From Paramecium tetraurelia (taxonomy: Eukaryota), in contig CT868096.1 of the NCBI GenBank assembly GCA_000165425.1, positions 496,001 to 560,000 on the forward strand: DNA of 64,000 bases, given 5' to 3'. The notes beneath the pieces are model-generated. The model did no database searches. It was given only the letters and a program-made list of their open reading frames with translations, and was not told the DNA's origin. The translations under genes and the position numbers were made by a program. Of the stretch, positions 26,114 to 39,349 are shown one piece after another. Numbering within the stretch: the first letter of the stretch is position 1; each line of letters starts with the position of its first letter.

Positions 26114-27050
26114 TCAATTTTTGTTTACTATAAAATAATAATTTTATTTACATGAATTTACTAAACAACATAATTTTCGCTTGCATTAGAAGTAGATAAT
26201 TAAAACCATTCTGTCATATATTTATCATAATCCAAATTTTCACTCCAATCTATAAGGTTTTATACTTCCTTATCAAATTCATCCTTAGAATAAAAAGAAA
26301 TTTTACATCATCCATTTCTAAATATTACTTAGTTTGAGTGAAGAAGTCTTAAGATTATTAAACCTATTTATTCTATTGAGTTCCCTCTTTTTATTTTTAA
26401 ATACTTTATGCCCATTTCAATTTATTGAGTCTCGTCTTCTTATTCACTTTTTCCTCTCGCTTGTCTTTTTTATGATGATAATATCTAATTTTGTTAGCTG
26501 TGTATAATTCAACAAAATCTGCTTTGATCATTTATTTGTTTGAGATCTATTGTTATTAAAATAAATTTAACTGGTCTCCATCCATTGTTGTCTAGCCTTA
26601 AATACCATCCTTGATTATCGTATTTTTATTAATTTTTCTTATATTCTGAATATGCAACTTTTTCATGAGGAACAGGATCTCTTTAGATTGATGAATAATC
26701 TCTAGGTGCAAAAGAATTTAAATCTACAATTCCTCCGTGACTATATATTTTATAGTAAATAATAGGAGGAAATTGCTAGATTAATAAGAAAATAATATAC
26801 TTCTCCACCAAGTCGAAATCGAATATGTGATTTGCAAGCAGCATCGAGCAATTGAGCCTCGTTAGGGTTAATAGCTTTTAACAATCGAGCTGGGTTTCCT
26901 CTAATATTAATTATTATTCAGTACTTGCACTTAAATAATATGATGTCTTTATAATATTGGAATATTTTTCTATTTGTAAATGACCTCCAAGCTCTACTAT
27001 AAAAAAATGAATTTCTACTTTTATATTTTTCTAGCTTTTTAATCTTCCAT
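26114..27050 (-). CDS. C11orf65/MFI homolog (IQ-like motif)
   Basis: ARKIQKAWRSFTNRKIFQYYK, GNPARLLKAINPNEAQLLDAA, IRFRLGGE.FPPIIYYKIYSH, GWY.R..NNGWRPV, LIDWSENLDYDKYMTEW. Confidence 0.85.
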
Positions 27051-27089
27051 TCTAATTAATTATAATATAAAATATTTAACATTCCGTTA

Positions 27090-29363
27090 ATGTCTTCAAA
27101 AATCACTATCTATGGTATTATTAATCATGAAGATTCTGATCTTTTTGAAAGCGCAGGATCATTAACATTGAGAACACCTAGGAATGTCCCTAATTTCAAT
27201 GAAACAACTTCATTAACCATTCCAGGTTACGTCAAATAAATTTGTGCAGGTCAATCTCATATATTAGCCTTAACTTAAGACGGAAACGTATATAGTTATG
27301 GATCAAATTAATTTGGTTAAAGAGGCTCATCAGGACCAGGATTTCAATTGGTGATGAAGAATGTCCTTTAGATTGCAGTAGGTCTATATCATTCGGCTGC
27401 CTGTACTAAGGATAATAAAATTTATGTTTGGGGTAGAGGTTCGGAAGGGTAATTAGGAATGGGAGACACAGAAAATGTTGAAAAGCCTACAGAACTCAGT
27501 ATCTAAGGCTAAGAGGTTTGCTGTGGCAGTTTTCATACTCTTGTAAGAAATGGAGAAACATGTTATGTGATGGGAGAAAACTAGAATGGATAATTGGGAG
27601 TTTTAGGATAACATACAAGTCCTGTGAAATTGAGTATACCTATTGATTAAATGGCTGCGGGGTTGGATCATTCCTTATTTTTATATAAAGGACAAGTAAA
27701 ATTAAGTTTCAATAATTAGGTTTTTGTTACAGGAAATAATTTATTTGGATAATGTGGGGTATCTGAATAAGTAGTAAGAGAGCCTATTAAATTATCATTA
27801 AATTTTGAAGTACAATAAGTGATTGCTTCTATGGGAACATTTAGTTGTGTAATAAGTAAATAAGGAAAAGTCTATTTTTGGGGAACTGGAAGTTGGGGTT
27901 ATGCCAGAAAGTGCACTCCATTAGAAGAATTATGTAAATTAGATGAAGAATAGAGAGTGTCACAAGTTATTTCTGGAGAAAACTTTGCCATGTTGAAATG
28001 TTTAGATGGATGGTATGTTTTTGGAATGAATAAAATGCCTGAAAATTATTCACAATAATAAACACATAGAATTACACTAAACAAAGTCAATTTAGTTGAT
28101 GGCTAAATCAGTGCAGGTCTTAATATTGTTTTTGTCTATTCCCATAATCATGAAGTACAAAAGCCAACTTAATAAATGCCTGTTGATCAGGGATCCTACG
28201 TGTCTTAATCATCAGAATAAGAGTATAAATAGAGACCAAGTTATAAATAAAATAATGAAGTAAGGTAATCCTATTAAATGTAAACTTCAAGTGCTTTGAA
28301 GACCTCATAAATTCCACCTTCAGCTTTGAGATAATCTCAATAAGTTACAAATATTTCATAGTTTTCTAATTAAATTAGTTCCTCAACATAATTTTAGTAA
28401 GAATATTAATCAAATAAAATTGAATCTAAGTAAGGAAAGGATTATAAACTAAGTGATTTACTTTATAGATCTGATCATAAGCAAGATATTAGATAGGACC
28501 TTAAATTAGATCTTAGATAATCAGAACAAAAAGTTAGAACAGAATCCAGAACTCCTGATAATAGGAATGATCAAAAGTAAAATGATAAAAAATCTGATTA
28601 TAAGTTACCAATTAAAGAAGATGAATTGAAAGTTGAATTAAAATAAGAGTTGCTTAAATTGGAGAAAAGATAAGAGCAATTCAAATAGGAAATTATTAAC
28701 TAATAATAGTAATTAGACAGAAAAAACGAAAATTTAAAAGAAATTACTTTTGGTTTCAAATCTGATGTTAAACCTTTATAAGAAAGAAATATGACTTAAT
28801 AATCCTAGAAATGTTATGATTGTTTACATTTTTCTCAAAAAAATGATTACTATTAAAAACATATCAAATTTTAAGAAGAAGAAATATCCAACCTTAAAAA
28901 GGAATTAGAAATTTTGAAGAATTAGATTAAATAAAAAGACAATTATGTTAATGAATTAGAAAATAGAATTTTAAAATATTAAGAAACTAGTTTTAAATAA
29001 GTTTGCTTACAATAATCATAATAATAATAATAACCACCTATTTATAAACCAACAATGGAGGTGAGATTAAAAAGTGAGGAAAAATAGCCTGTTACTAGGG
29101 AAGAAGCATAATTGAACTACTAAAAAATTATTGATTATTCACCTAAAATTTATAGATAACCAATTATTGATTAATCACCAAAGGAAAGAACTTTCAATAC
29201 AAGTATCATCGATAAAATATAAACGTATTAATAATCTGCAAAAGCAGCAAGACCAGTTCACCAAAATCTGATGAATAGGTATTCAGCTCATGAAGTCCAA
29301 CCATAATAAATCTATCAACCTAATACATATGTTATCCCGTAATATTTCAAGGCAAGAAATTGA
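27090..29363 (+). CDS. RCC1-repeat protein with C-terminal coiled coil
   Basis: ICAGQSHILALTQDGNVYSYGSNQFGQRG, VWGRGSEGQLG, CCGSFHTLV, AAGLDHSLF repeats; 24-nt intron 27696-27719. Confidence 0.9.
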
Positions 29364-29710
29364 GAATGATCTTTATATATACTTTATTAACAAAAATTAT
29401 TTACTCTTTTCATAATTTTACATATTTTTAGAAATTATTTATTTAATTAAGATAATTGAATATCTTGAATGTATATTTTATTTTTAAAATTATATTTTTG
29501 TTTCTAGTTATTTTAAAATAGAAATAATTAAGGAATATTAGAGAAGATTTTTTTATTTTTATAAATCTCTTAATAAATTTATAGAATGAAGTAAGTAGAT
29601 GATAATTTTTAATTTCATAATATTTACTTGATTCTAATCAAAATTATTTAGAATTAAATGATAATTAGTTAAACAAAATATGAATTTTATTTGATAAAAA
29701 TTACATATAA

Positions 29711-31505
29711 TCATTAATTAAGCAAAGAAAATGAAAAGTAAGTGAGGTTATTTTTTTATTTAACTTTAATTTAAGTATTACAACCGTAATGCCATAATAT
29801 AAATTTCATTATAATTAAAGTTGTTGCTTTTAAAGGATCTTAATAATTCAACTTTTTATCTAAATGTAATAAATTTGATTGAAGATGGGATGTAATTGCG
29901 AATTTATCCTAATCATTAAAAAAAAATAAAGGTTTTGAAAAGTAAGCTCGTATTTAAGGAATAATTAATTAAGTAAATTGCATCAAAGTAAAATGAATAG
30001 ATTCAACTTTATCTTCATTTATTTTAGATGATATCTTAATATGACCTTCATTTTTCTCTCTGAATTAAAACAATGATATGAATATTAGCAAAACTGAGTT
30101 TAGATCTATATGTAAATTTTCTATTTTTAACTTGTTAATAATAGTCAGTTAACTCCCAAAAACAGATTTTATTAATTAAATAAGCTTATCCTTATGGTAT
30201 TTTTTATTAGGCGTTCCATTTATTATATTAGGGTTCTACAAAATGTTTAGAGATACAAAGTAATTCATACATTGTAATTTAGCAAATCTATCATCTTTTT
30301 CTTTAAAGTAGACACTTAAACAATGTTAAGCCAAAGAAGTAATGAGTCTATTTTTTAAGTTCAACTCTAATTTCTCATGATTTTATGAATAATTATTTAT
30401 ACTTTCAGTAGCCATTATGACCATTTATTGTTCATCAGTCCAGTAATTAACAATTTAGACTTTGAATTAGTTACCTAATAAGTTAGAATGACATATCAAT
30501 GAATTAATCAATTTGTCTTAAGAGCCCCTTTTTCTCAATTCAAAGGCAGAACCTGATGACGAATTACTTTATAACATCATTCTAATATGTTTTTCAAGTG
30601 TACACTTGTTTTCTTTATTAGTAAGTTTTGATCCTCTAGAATAGGTTAGCTACATGAATTATAACAATATTTTACGTTTCTTAGAACTGTTCTTAAATCG
30701 TTGTCATTATTAACTTATAAAATTTCCTTGGTAATATTATTCATTTAATGTATTCTTAGTTAATCCTATTGTTTATCTAATTTAATGACTAAAATAGATT
30801 ATTCTAAGACAGTGTCAATTATCTAAAAATTGTTGTTAATTTTTACTGCAAACCATTTTTTTCTTTCTCGATTGTGGAGGAATTACTGTCTCTTGTTATT
30901 CTCTATACTATATTTGATGGCAATCATTCCAACAATAACAGAGATAAAACTCAATAATAGACTAACATAGATAGAAGAGTAATTATAAGCCCATAAAATG
31001 TAAGCTAACAGTAACCCTATTACTATAAGGGCTTATGACAATAATAGATAGCCTTGAATAAATATGGCTATATAATAATGACAATAAATACCCATATGAA
31101 AATAGCAAGCACAGAATCCGTAATACCAATCATAATTTGAATGATAGGAATTAGTTGGATTGCTTTATCTAAAAATATAGTCAACACTTTAAATCAAAGC
31201 CATAATTATTTATAGAAAAGGCAAAATTATGTTTATTACACTTGGGTATTTATCTATTAAAAACTTTGAGAAGATTATAAAGATAACAATAAAACAACAA
31301 CTTAGTAGTATGACGATAAAATAAGGCTGACTTCTAAAGTAATATATGGAATAAAATATCATGTATAACTATTTTTCAATATGAAAATTACGCATGCTTG
31401 CAAAGAAAAGGCTGTATATTCCTTTTTCACTACAGGTATTTGACTTTCTCTGTATTCTAATTCTAGATTTGTTGATTAAAAAGTTAAAGAGTATTTATTA
31501 AACAT
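29711..31505 (-). CDS. Multi-pass transmembrane protein with degenerate histidine-kinase-like C-terminus
   Basis: MFNKYSLTFQSTNLELEY, 5-6 hydrophobic helices, cytosolic tail ending ..LIIMKFILWHYGCNTQIKVKQKNNLTYFSFSLLNQ*. Confidence 0.65.
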
Positions 31506-32040
31506 TTAATTAAATGAAAACTTTTAAAAAGAGTATTGGAATCAAAATAGCATACATTTCTGAATTTATATGAGGATATAATTATTCAAATTTAATTAAT
31601 AAGGAACAGTAGTAATTAAAATAAAAAACCCCTTTGCTTTTTTTAATAAGATAACTCTGGTAGTTTACATTCGTGTGATTATTTTGAAGTAGAGATTTTA
31701 TTTATATGAATATGCTTAAATATTTGTTTATTTAATACAATTTGGGGGAATTTTTCAATCATAGTTCAAAGAAATATATTTAGAATTAATTTTTCATCAT
31801 TATAATATAAAACATCAATTTTTGATAAAATTGAGTCAGTAATGTGAATGTCTTTGTTGTTTATTTTAGCAATATCCTCCTGTAGCATATAATTGATTAC
31901 TTTATTTATAAACTATAGGTAGGATTATCTTTACATTCATTTTATATAACAGAACATGTAATTTCTTATGAAATGAAAAGTGGGGGAATTATTTATATAT
32001 TATAAATTAAAGGAAAAATCTATAAATATATTTCTTAAAA

Positions 32041-35000
32041 ATGGAGTCAAGTTTAAGTAAAATCAATAATGTGGCTGAGAAAGCTATGTTGGAATTGTAG
32101 AAGCAGCCACTAATAACGTGGAATTCTGGATGCTTAAACACGATTAGATATGTATTAAATTGCTATAACAGATATTAGATAAATTAAAATCATGTTTAGA
32201 GGAAGTGAGTTTCAATTTGATGACTAAGGATCTTAACAATGAGGCATCACTATTATAAAAGTTATCAGCAAATTATGCAGTTGTATTTGATAAGGTGATT
32301 GAAATTAATTCACGAAAAATAGTTAATGCTCCTGAATTACCTATTGAATACTGTTAGAGATAACCAAATTCTACAAGATCAATGTTGGGTGGAACTGAAG
32401 TTTAGAATTTTAGTAATTCATTATGCACATAATTTAGAGATATATTCTTAGAAAAATTCAGAATTTATAGATGCTGAATAGACTTTTAAAATGAATAAGT
32501 AAAAGATCTTTAGGAAAATGGAAAATAAAGGTACAAGTACTAGTGATGATGCAATGATTAAGTTACTTTAAGGGAATATTTAATATGAAACTGAAAAGGA
32601 ATTGTTAAGAATTCAAGAGGAAAATGAAGCTAATTTAATAGACTTAAGGAAGCAATTAAAGTTAAAGGGTTTGTGGTCAGAAATCTGTAGCAGTCATGCT
32701 ACATAAAAATTGAATGATTTGAATAAACATATGGAGAGGGAGACTTTTAAGAATGATTTATACATAACAGATTAAATTAAGTAAGCGAATGAGATTAAGG
32801 ATGAGGAAGAATTTGATATAAGAAAAGAAGTCAAAGATAAGATATTGTTGGTTTAAAGGAAGACAGCCGATAGAATAATGAGAGCAGCAGAGAGAAAGAT
32901 TAGACTTGAATATGATGCATTTATGATAAAGAGAACAGCAGGTATTTTAGTAAAAAAGAGCAAGACTTAAAATTTTTAAAGAATTGAAGAATTAGAGAAA
33001 TTGATAAAAGATAAGAATGATTAGATAGTTGAAAAAGAAGCCAAAATGAATTAATTATTCTAAAAATTTGAAGAATAAGAGAAGAAATTTACAAGTTTGT
33101 TAAAACAGATTGATACTTATAAAGTAACTCAAAAAGTAGAAGTATGCAATACAATAGTATCTAAAAATGGAAAGAAATCAGATGTTGAAGTTTAGGTTTC
33201 TATGGTGGATCCAAGAGTTGAATTGTTTGAATTAAGATTATCTGAAATGATTGATGAAAATGACGAAATGAAAGAAGAATTAAAATTGTTACATGAGAAG
33301 GCTTTGGAGGATAAGATCTAAAGTTTGACTGGACCAAAATAAATAGAAGAAGTCTTATTATTATTACTTTAAAGTGATTTATCACCAGATAATAAAATAA
33401 TATCACTTAATACTTTACTATAATATATAAAGGATAATTCAGCTGAGGATATTGCAAGATTGGCACCAAATGAGTTATATCGTATTGTAAGATCTAAGTT
33501 GAAATTTAATTGTGAATCTCCTTTAGAAAAACTTGATGAATTATCTGGAGATGAAGATGACAGTTATGAATAATAATCTTAAACAAAGAAGAGAGTGAAA
33601 AATAACAAGAAACGAGTAGGGCATATTGAAAAACCATTTGAACCCTCGATACAAGAATAATTAGATCTTGATAAAATTGCTACTTAAAGAAGACAGGCAT
33701 AATCAGAGACTGAAGATGAATCAACTAAAATATAGAAAAAATAATTACTCTAATTAAACCAGATTGATGATATAACTAAGAAGACTAGTGTTCATAAATT
33801 AATTGAATAAGTTAGTAGTCCTAAATCAACAAATAGATCGAATATCACTTTTAAATAGAAGTAGGGATATTTAAAAACCAATAGAAATAACAGTGCTGTC
33901 AACAATGATAGAAATAAAAAGGATTAAAATTCCTCATCTGGATAATTTGGAATCTAAAACAGTAGACCAACCCTTACATAATTAGAAACCAAGAGCAATA
34001 AGTAATCCTTTTCAAATTTCTCTTCTAAGGAATTAAATATTTAAAAAGGAGAAAAATAACATAAAAAACCATCAATAATGGATTAAAGTGATATTCAATG
34101 TGAATTTTACAAATATAATAAAACTAAAGATATTGGAATATAAGTATCATTAAAATAAGAGTCTAAGATTCCTCCTTAATAATAGCATATTGAAACTTTT
34201 ATATAATAATCTCAATAATAATTAAAAGAAAAGGAAAAAGAGAAAATAGAAGAATAAACAAAAAAGCTTAATGATTCTTAGATTTATAGAGCCAAGGCAG
34301 AGTCAATTTCATAGAAGACTACTTAAACAGATGATTTCGTTTTATGGAATCTCTTTTAGTAGATGGCTGGCGATCTTGGACTTTCAGAAGATCAATTAAA
34401 GAAATTAGAAGCTGTTTTCTTAAATGAATAATAATTTATTCACTTCTATGATAAGAATTCAACTTAAAAATAATTATCCCGTAATTCATCTAACTAAATT
34501 GATACAATGGGAGATTATAGAAGAGATAGTTATAGAAATTTAGATAAAAGTACAGGCATAAGAAATTCAATTAAACTTAGAACAGGTAGTTAATAAAATA
34601 TCTTCACAAATAATGATTTAGTGGACAATTATGTCTAATAAAAAAATGAGTTAGGAGATGATGAGTAATATAAAAATTAAAATACATAACCAACTTCATT
34701 ATATTCACCAGGTGTCAGTAGATAATAAAGTTAGATTATATTTTCAGGAAATCAAAATAATTATAATGGATCAATAAATTAGCCTTTTAGTTCTAATGGT
34801 ATAGGTAATGGTTAAAGAACAAATAGTCCTATAAATCACAATTCAAGTTAGGGCCTGAGAAGTGTTAGTCAACTTATAAACACAGGTGATAATGTTCATA
34901 TCATTACATATGGCCCTGTATCTCCATCTGAATAAATGATTAGAAATAAGCATCGAACTTCTTCTTCTAGTTAGAAACTGTTAGAGGATATGTTGAAATC

Positions 35001-35494
35001 TAAATCTTAAATTGCAAAATCGCCAGAACAAAATCAAAGAGAATAAAAGGAGTAACAATTATTTTTTTCTGTTTTCGGCGATGAACCTCAAAATGATGAA
35101 GAGTTCGATTTAGAAATACTTAGATAAAACATGGGAAGACCATTGGAAATAATCTAAGATCATCTGAAAGAAGAATCAATTAAAAAGGTATTTACTTAAT
35201 TGGCTTAAAGAGAAAAAAATGAATGGAAAGATAAAATTTTCTTGATTATCTCTAAATATTGTAACAAGAGTGTTCAAACAATCACTTATTTTGATTTCAA
35301 AAAGTATTATGAAAATTATATGAGAGTAATAATACATCATTATATTTTAGGTGCATAAAAGATGTGGTGATGAATGCACACATATGAAAAGATTTTTAGC
35401 TAGAATTGGATTTGGATTTGTTAGTAAAAGAAAAGTCTTGAACATGTCCAAATAAAGTGTATCTCCATTTGAATAATTACCTAAACTTAAATGA
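32041..35494 (+). CDS. Large coiled-coil/low-complexity protein with C-terminal HxxCGxxCxH motif
   Basis: ~1100 codons open in code 6 with a few mini-introns; ends VHKRCGDECTHMKRFLARIGF..QLPKLK*. Confidence 0.75.
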
Positions 35495-35539
35495 ATATTA
35501 ATAATATTAATTTTAATATAAATATACTTATAGATATTT

Positions 35540-36109
35540 ATGGGAAGAAAAAATAGAGACTTATCATATTTGAAACCCTTTTGTTTTTACTGTGATAAAA
35601 CATTTAAAAATGAAGTGTACTTGCATTAGCATTAAAAAGCTAAGCATTTTACATGCTAGAGATGCTTCAAGAAGTTTTCATCATGTGATTCATTAAAAAA
35701 TCATGTTGAATCCGCTCATCATGAAGTTTTGACCAAGTTTAAAGGATTATTCTTATTTTAGAATTCCCAATGCCACTGGTGATAGGAGCGATATTAAAAA
35801 TAAAATATTTGGAATGCAAGGAGTACCAAGAGTAGAAATTGAGAAGAGAATAAGAAAAGGAGCTGAAGAATATTGGACCAAAATATTAAGTGCTCAATAT
35901 TAGCAAAGAAGAAAAGAGAATAAATAAAGAATGAAGTAGAATAGGGAAATAAGTAAAAAAGAAAACTAACAAGATGTTAAAATAGATGTAAGATTTATAT
36001 TGTCAAACATAATTAGAATGAAAAAGAAGAAATTGAGTAGCATGAATATAATCCAGAAGCTAAACCCATCAGTTTTGATCTAGATTATGAGTAATTGCAA
36101 AAACAATGA
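35540..36109 (+). CDS. ZNF207: ZNF207/BuGZ/SUF4-type C2H2 zinc finger protein
   Basis: MGRK..LKPFCFYCDKTFKNEVYLHQHQKAKHFTCQRCFKKF..H...H..KIPNATGDRSDI...IFGMQGVP. Confidence 0.88.
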
Positions 36110-36180
36110 TATATTATATACCTCATCCAGAATATCATACTCAATCTATAAGTCAACTATTTAAGCAGTAATATTAATAA

Positions 36181-37308
36181 TCAATCTAAAATCAGTTAAA
36201 GTTTCTTAAGAGTCTTCTCATTGTCCTTTTTATTCGAGTAAACTCTTTCTAAATCTGGGATCAACTCCTTAATTGTATCTTTATTAGTTTATTTTAATAA
36301 TGCTAATAAACAAAGAGTTTGTTATTCATATTAAAAGTTTTCTAAAAGTACTTTTAGATTATTAATGATTTCAAACTCCTTTATTATTTCCATGAATTGT
36401 GAACTTTAGCATTTAAATAGCATTGCATAATGTAATAGTATGATTTATTTTTAATGTTTTTAAGAGTTCTAAATGATTATTATTTGATTGACTATCTCTT
36501 TATTTTAAATTATTGTTTCTACATAATATTAAGCATAATAATAAAGTATTCTTAAGGTATATTTCTATCTACTAGATATTTATAAATATTTTGCACAGAA
36601 CTCAATAAATTGACTTTTGTGCAGAATCTATACAAATTTTACATAGTCATTGATTAGATAGTACATAATTTTTAATATGATATTATCAATACCTTTATTC
36701 AAATTATTACAACATAATTCCATTAATTCATTTTAGATAAATGTCACTTTTGTTAGAGCGTAGAATCCATGAAAACATTCCTATTAGATTTTTAGAACAT
36801 CAGGGTATTTCTTCTAGTACATCCAAAAGATATTAAAAAGTTGTTCTCTTTAAATTATCTCAGTTTCCCCATTTTGAGAATCTCTTTTAAATTTGGCTAA
36901 CACACTCAAAAACCATAATCTGAGGGATAGATCTTCAAGATTTTTGTATCTATGAACTTCTTCAATCATGTAATCAATAATCTTCAATTCTAAGACTTCG
37001 TCTTAAACTGACTTCTCACTACATAAATTACCCAATCCAATAAAAGCATTAGTTTTTTCTTTTGATTACAATAATTCATAAAAAAACTATATCCCTCCAA
37101 TTTGAATCAGATCTAATGTTTGTTCTTTTGATCCCGCAGTTGCATCTGTAAGTCGATTGATTGATTCTTAATCCTTATTATTTATTAAATCAAGCATCAT
37201 TTCTTTTGATAATTAAGGTATTCTTTTTTCTTTAAATATTTTTTCTATTTCATTTCTTCTTATTCTTAGTGAAAAACATTCTCTTTTCTAATATAGCAAA
37301 CTATTCAT
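36181..37308 (-). CDS. Divergent importin-alpha-like ARM-repeat protein
   Basis: IBB-like KRECFSLRIRRNEIEKIFKEKR; ARM-like TDATAGSKEQTLDLIQIGGI and AFIGLGNLCSE. Confidence 0.6.
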
Positions 37309-38061
37309 TTGGTTAAATTTTAATTAAAATTAACTAAATAAAAGTAAACTCAATTTATATCTAAATTTGCTAATTATTATACTAAACTAAATATATAATA
37401 TTTAATTGTTTCTTTCTGAATATTAAGTAGTGAATGTCTTATTTTCTTCTCTCTCTTGAAATCTAACAAAATATTGTTAATCTAAAAATGACTAAAAATA
37501 TTAGTCACTACTTGAAGGGTAGTTAAACATTCTCAATATAAAATTTTATAGAATAAAATGTTTATTATAACCTAAAGAGTAATTTTTGATATCTACAAAG
37601 GTCTTTTTAGAATTCAAAAGAATTGTAATGTCTATTCACATAAAATTATTAGATTTTAGTATCCTTATCTAATTTTTTATTATTTATAACTACATGAGAA
37701 TTTCTAAATTTGTAATTAAAAGTAATTATCACCTAAATTAAGAGATTTATTCTTAAGAACTGTTCTAAGCGCCTGCTAATACATTTATGATTTATCAGCC
37801 ATTTTATATTCAATAAAGGATAGACGAGAATTAAACTTTTAATAACTTTAATTTTTAAGCATATGAAATTTAGCAAACCTATTATATATTTTTTATCCAT
37901 AGTGGATCTTTGATATTAATAATTTTTTTCAATAGCTTTATAAGAATCAATTTTAACATAATACTTAAAATTTGCAAAGACTAGTAATCCCTTCAATGTA
38001 TTAGAATTCAGTCATAATTAAAAGTTAATTAGAGGGTAGATACAAAATAAATAATAATTAA

Positions 38062-39247
38062 ATGAAAATTTTTTAGATATTGAATTTGTTATCATATGTT
38101 TTATGTGCAACCTTCTCAAGTAGTAGTATAGGTGATGCCTTACATGAAAATGGATCAATTTATGGATGGAGAGAAGAAGAATAAAAACAGTTTAAAAATT
38201 GGGTGCAAGAAAATCAAAAAACATATAACAATGAATTCGAAATGATTTATAGAATGGAAGTTTTTGTGAAGAACTATAGAACAATGAAGGTATTTGATTG
38301 GTTAATTGTAATTTTTAGCATCATAATGAGTAATTACCAAAGGATGTTTGGGGATTAAATATCTTCTCAGATGAGACATCTGAAGAGTTGATGGATAAAA
38401 TATTTATGAAGAAAGACTTTGATGAACATTATGAGATATTTAATGAAGATGATATCAACGCAATTAAAAGCGATTCACTATCTCATAATTCATTTTTATA
38501 AGCAGATAAAACAGTGAAGGTTGTTAAAAAGGTAGTGAAAAAAGCATCTGCAACTACCAAAACAGAAAAAGCAACACCAAAGAATCCTCCTAGTTTAGAT
38601 TGGTTAAAATAAGTAATTTCCATTATAATAATCATTAGGTTACAGAAGTGTAATAATAGGGAAGATGTGGTAGTTGTTGGGCATTTGCAGTATAGGATGT
38701 CGTAATCAGTAGATTGGCTATTGCTAATAAAAACAAACTTGATCAATTATCTAAGACACATTTAATTGATTGTGCTGATGGAAATACAGAAGGATGTGAT
38801 GGAGGTTCAGTAAGTGATGCCTTTGATTTTATCAATAAATATGGAACTGTTTATGAAAAAGACTATAGAGAATACGATCAGAAAGAAGGGCAATGTTCAA
38901 AACCAAAAGGATCAATTGGATATAAACAATTTAAATCTGTTGTAGGGCTAACTAAATTCACAAATAATGACATTGAAACTGCAATGTAAACTGGTCCAGT
39001 TACAGCCCTTATGTATGCAGATGAATCCTGGCTCAGATACACATCTGGAATAATCAATACTTGTGGATATCCAAAAGTTTCTAATTACTAACATGTTGTT
39101 TCATTTATAGCTTATGATACTTAAACATGGTTTGCCAAAAATTCTTGGGGATCTAAATGGGGAATGAGTGGTTACTTTTAAATATAAAAAAATGGGGATG
39201 CTAAATGTTTAGATAAAATTAAAAAAATTACGTATCCAATAATATGA
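38062..39247 (+). CDS. Papain-family (C1A, cathepsin L-like) cysteine protease
   Basis: Signal peptide, I29-type propeptide (FKNWVQENQKTY, GLNIFSD), QQQGRCGSCWAF, CDGG, QHVV, KNSWGSKWGMSGY; two introns. Confidence 0.95.
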
Positions 39248-39349
39248 AGTATCATCAAATATGTTTTAGAATATCAAATGTAAATTAACAATTTAAGGGT
39301 AATTATATTATAATTAATAATTTATTTATGACTTTGATTAATGAATAAT

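Noticed and set aside
31741..31750. TTTGGGGG as a telomeric remnant
   Set aside because: Single unit, no tandem TT(T/G)GGG array
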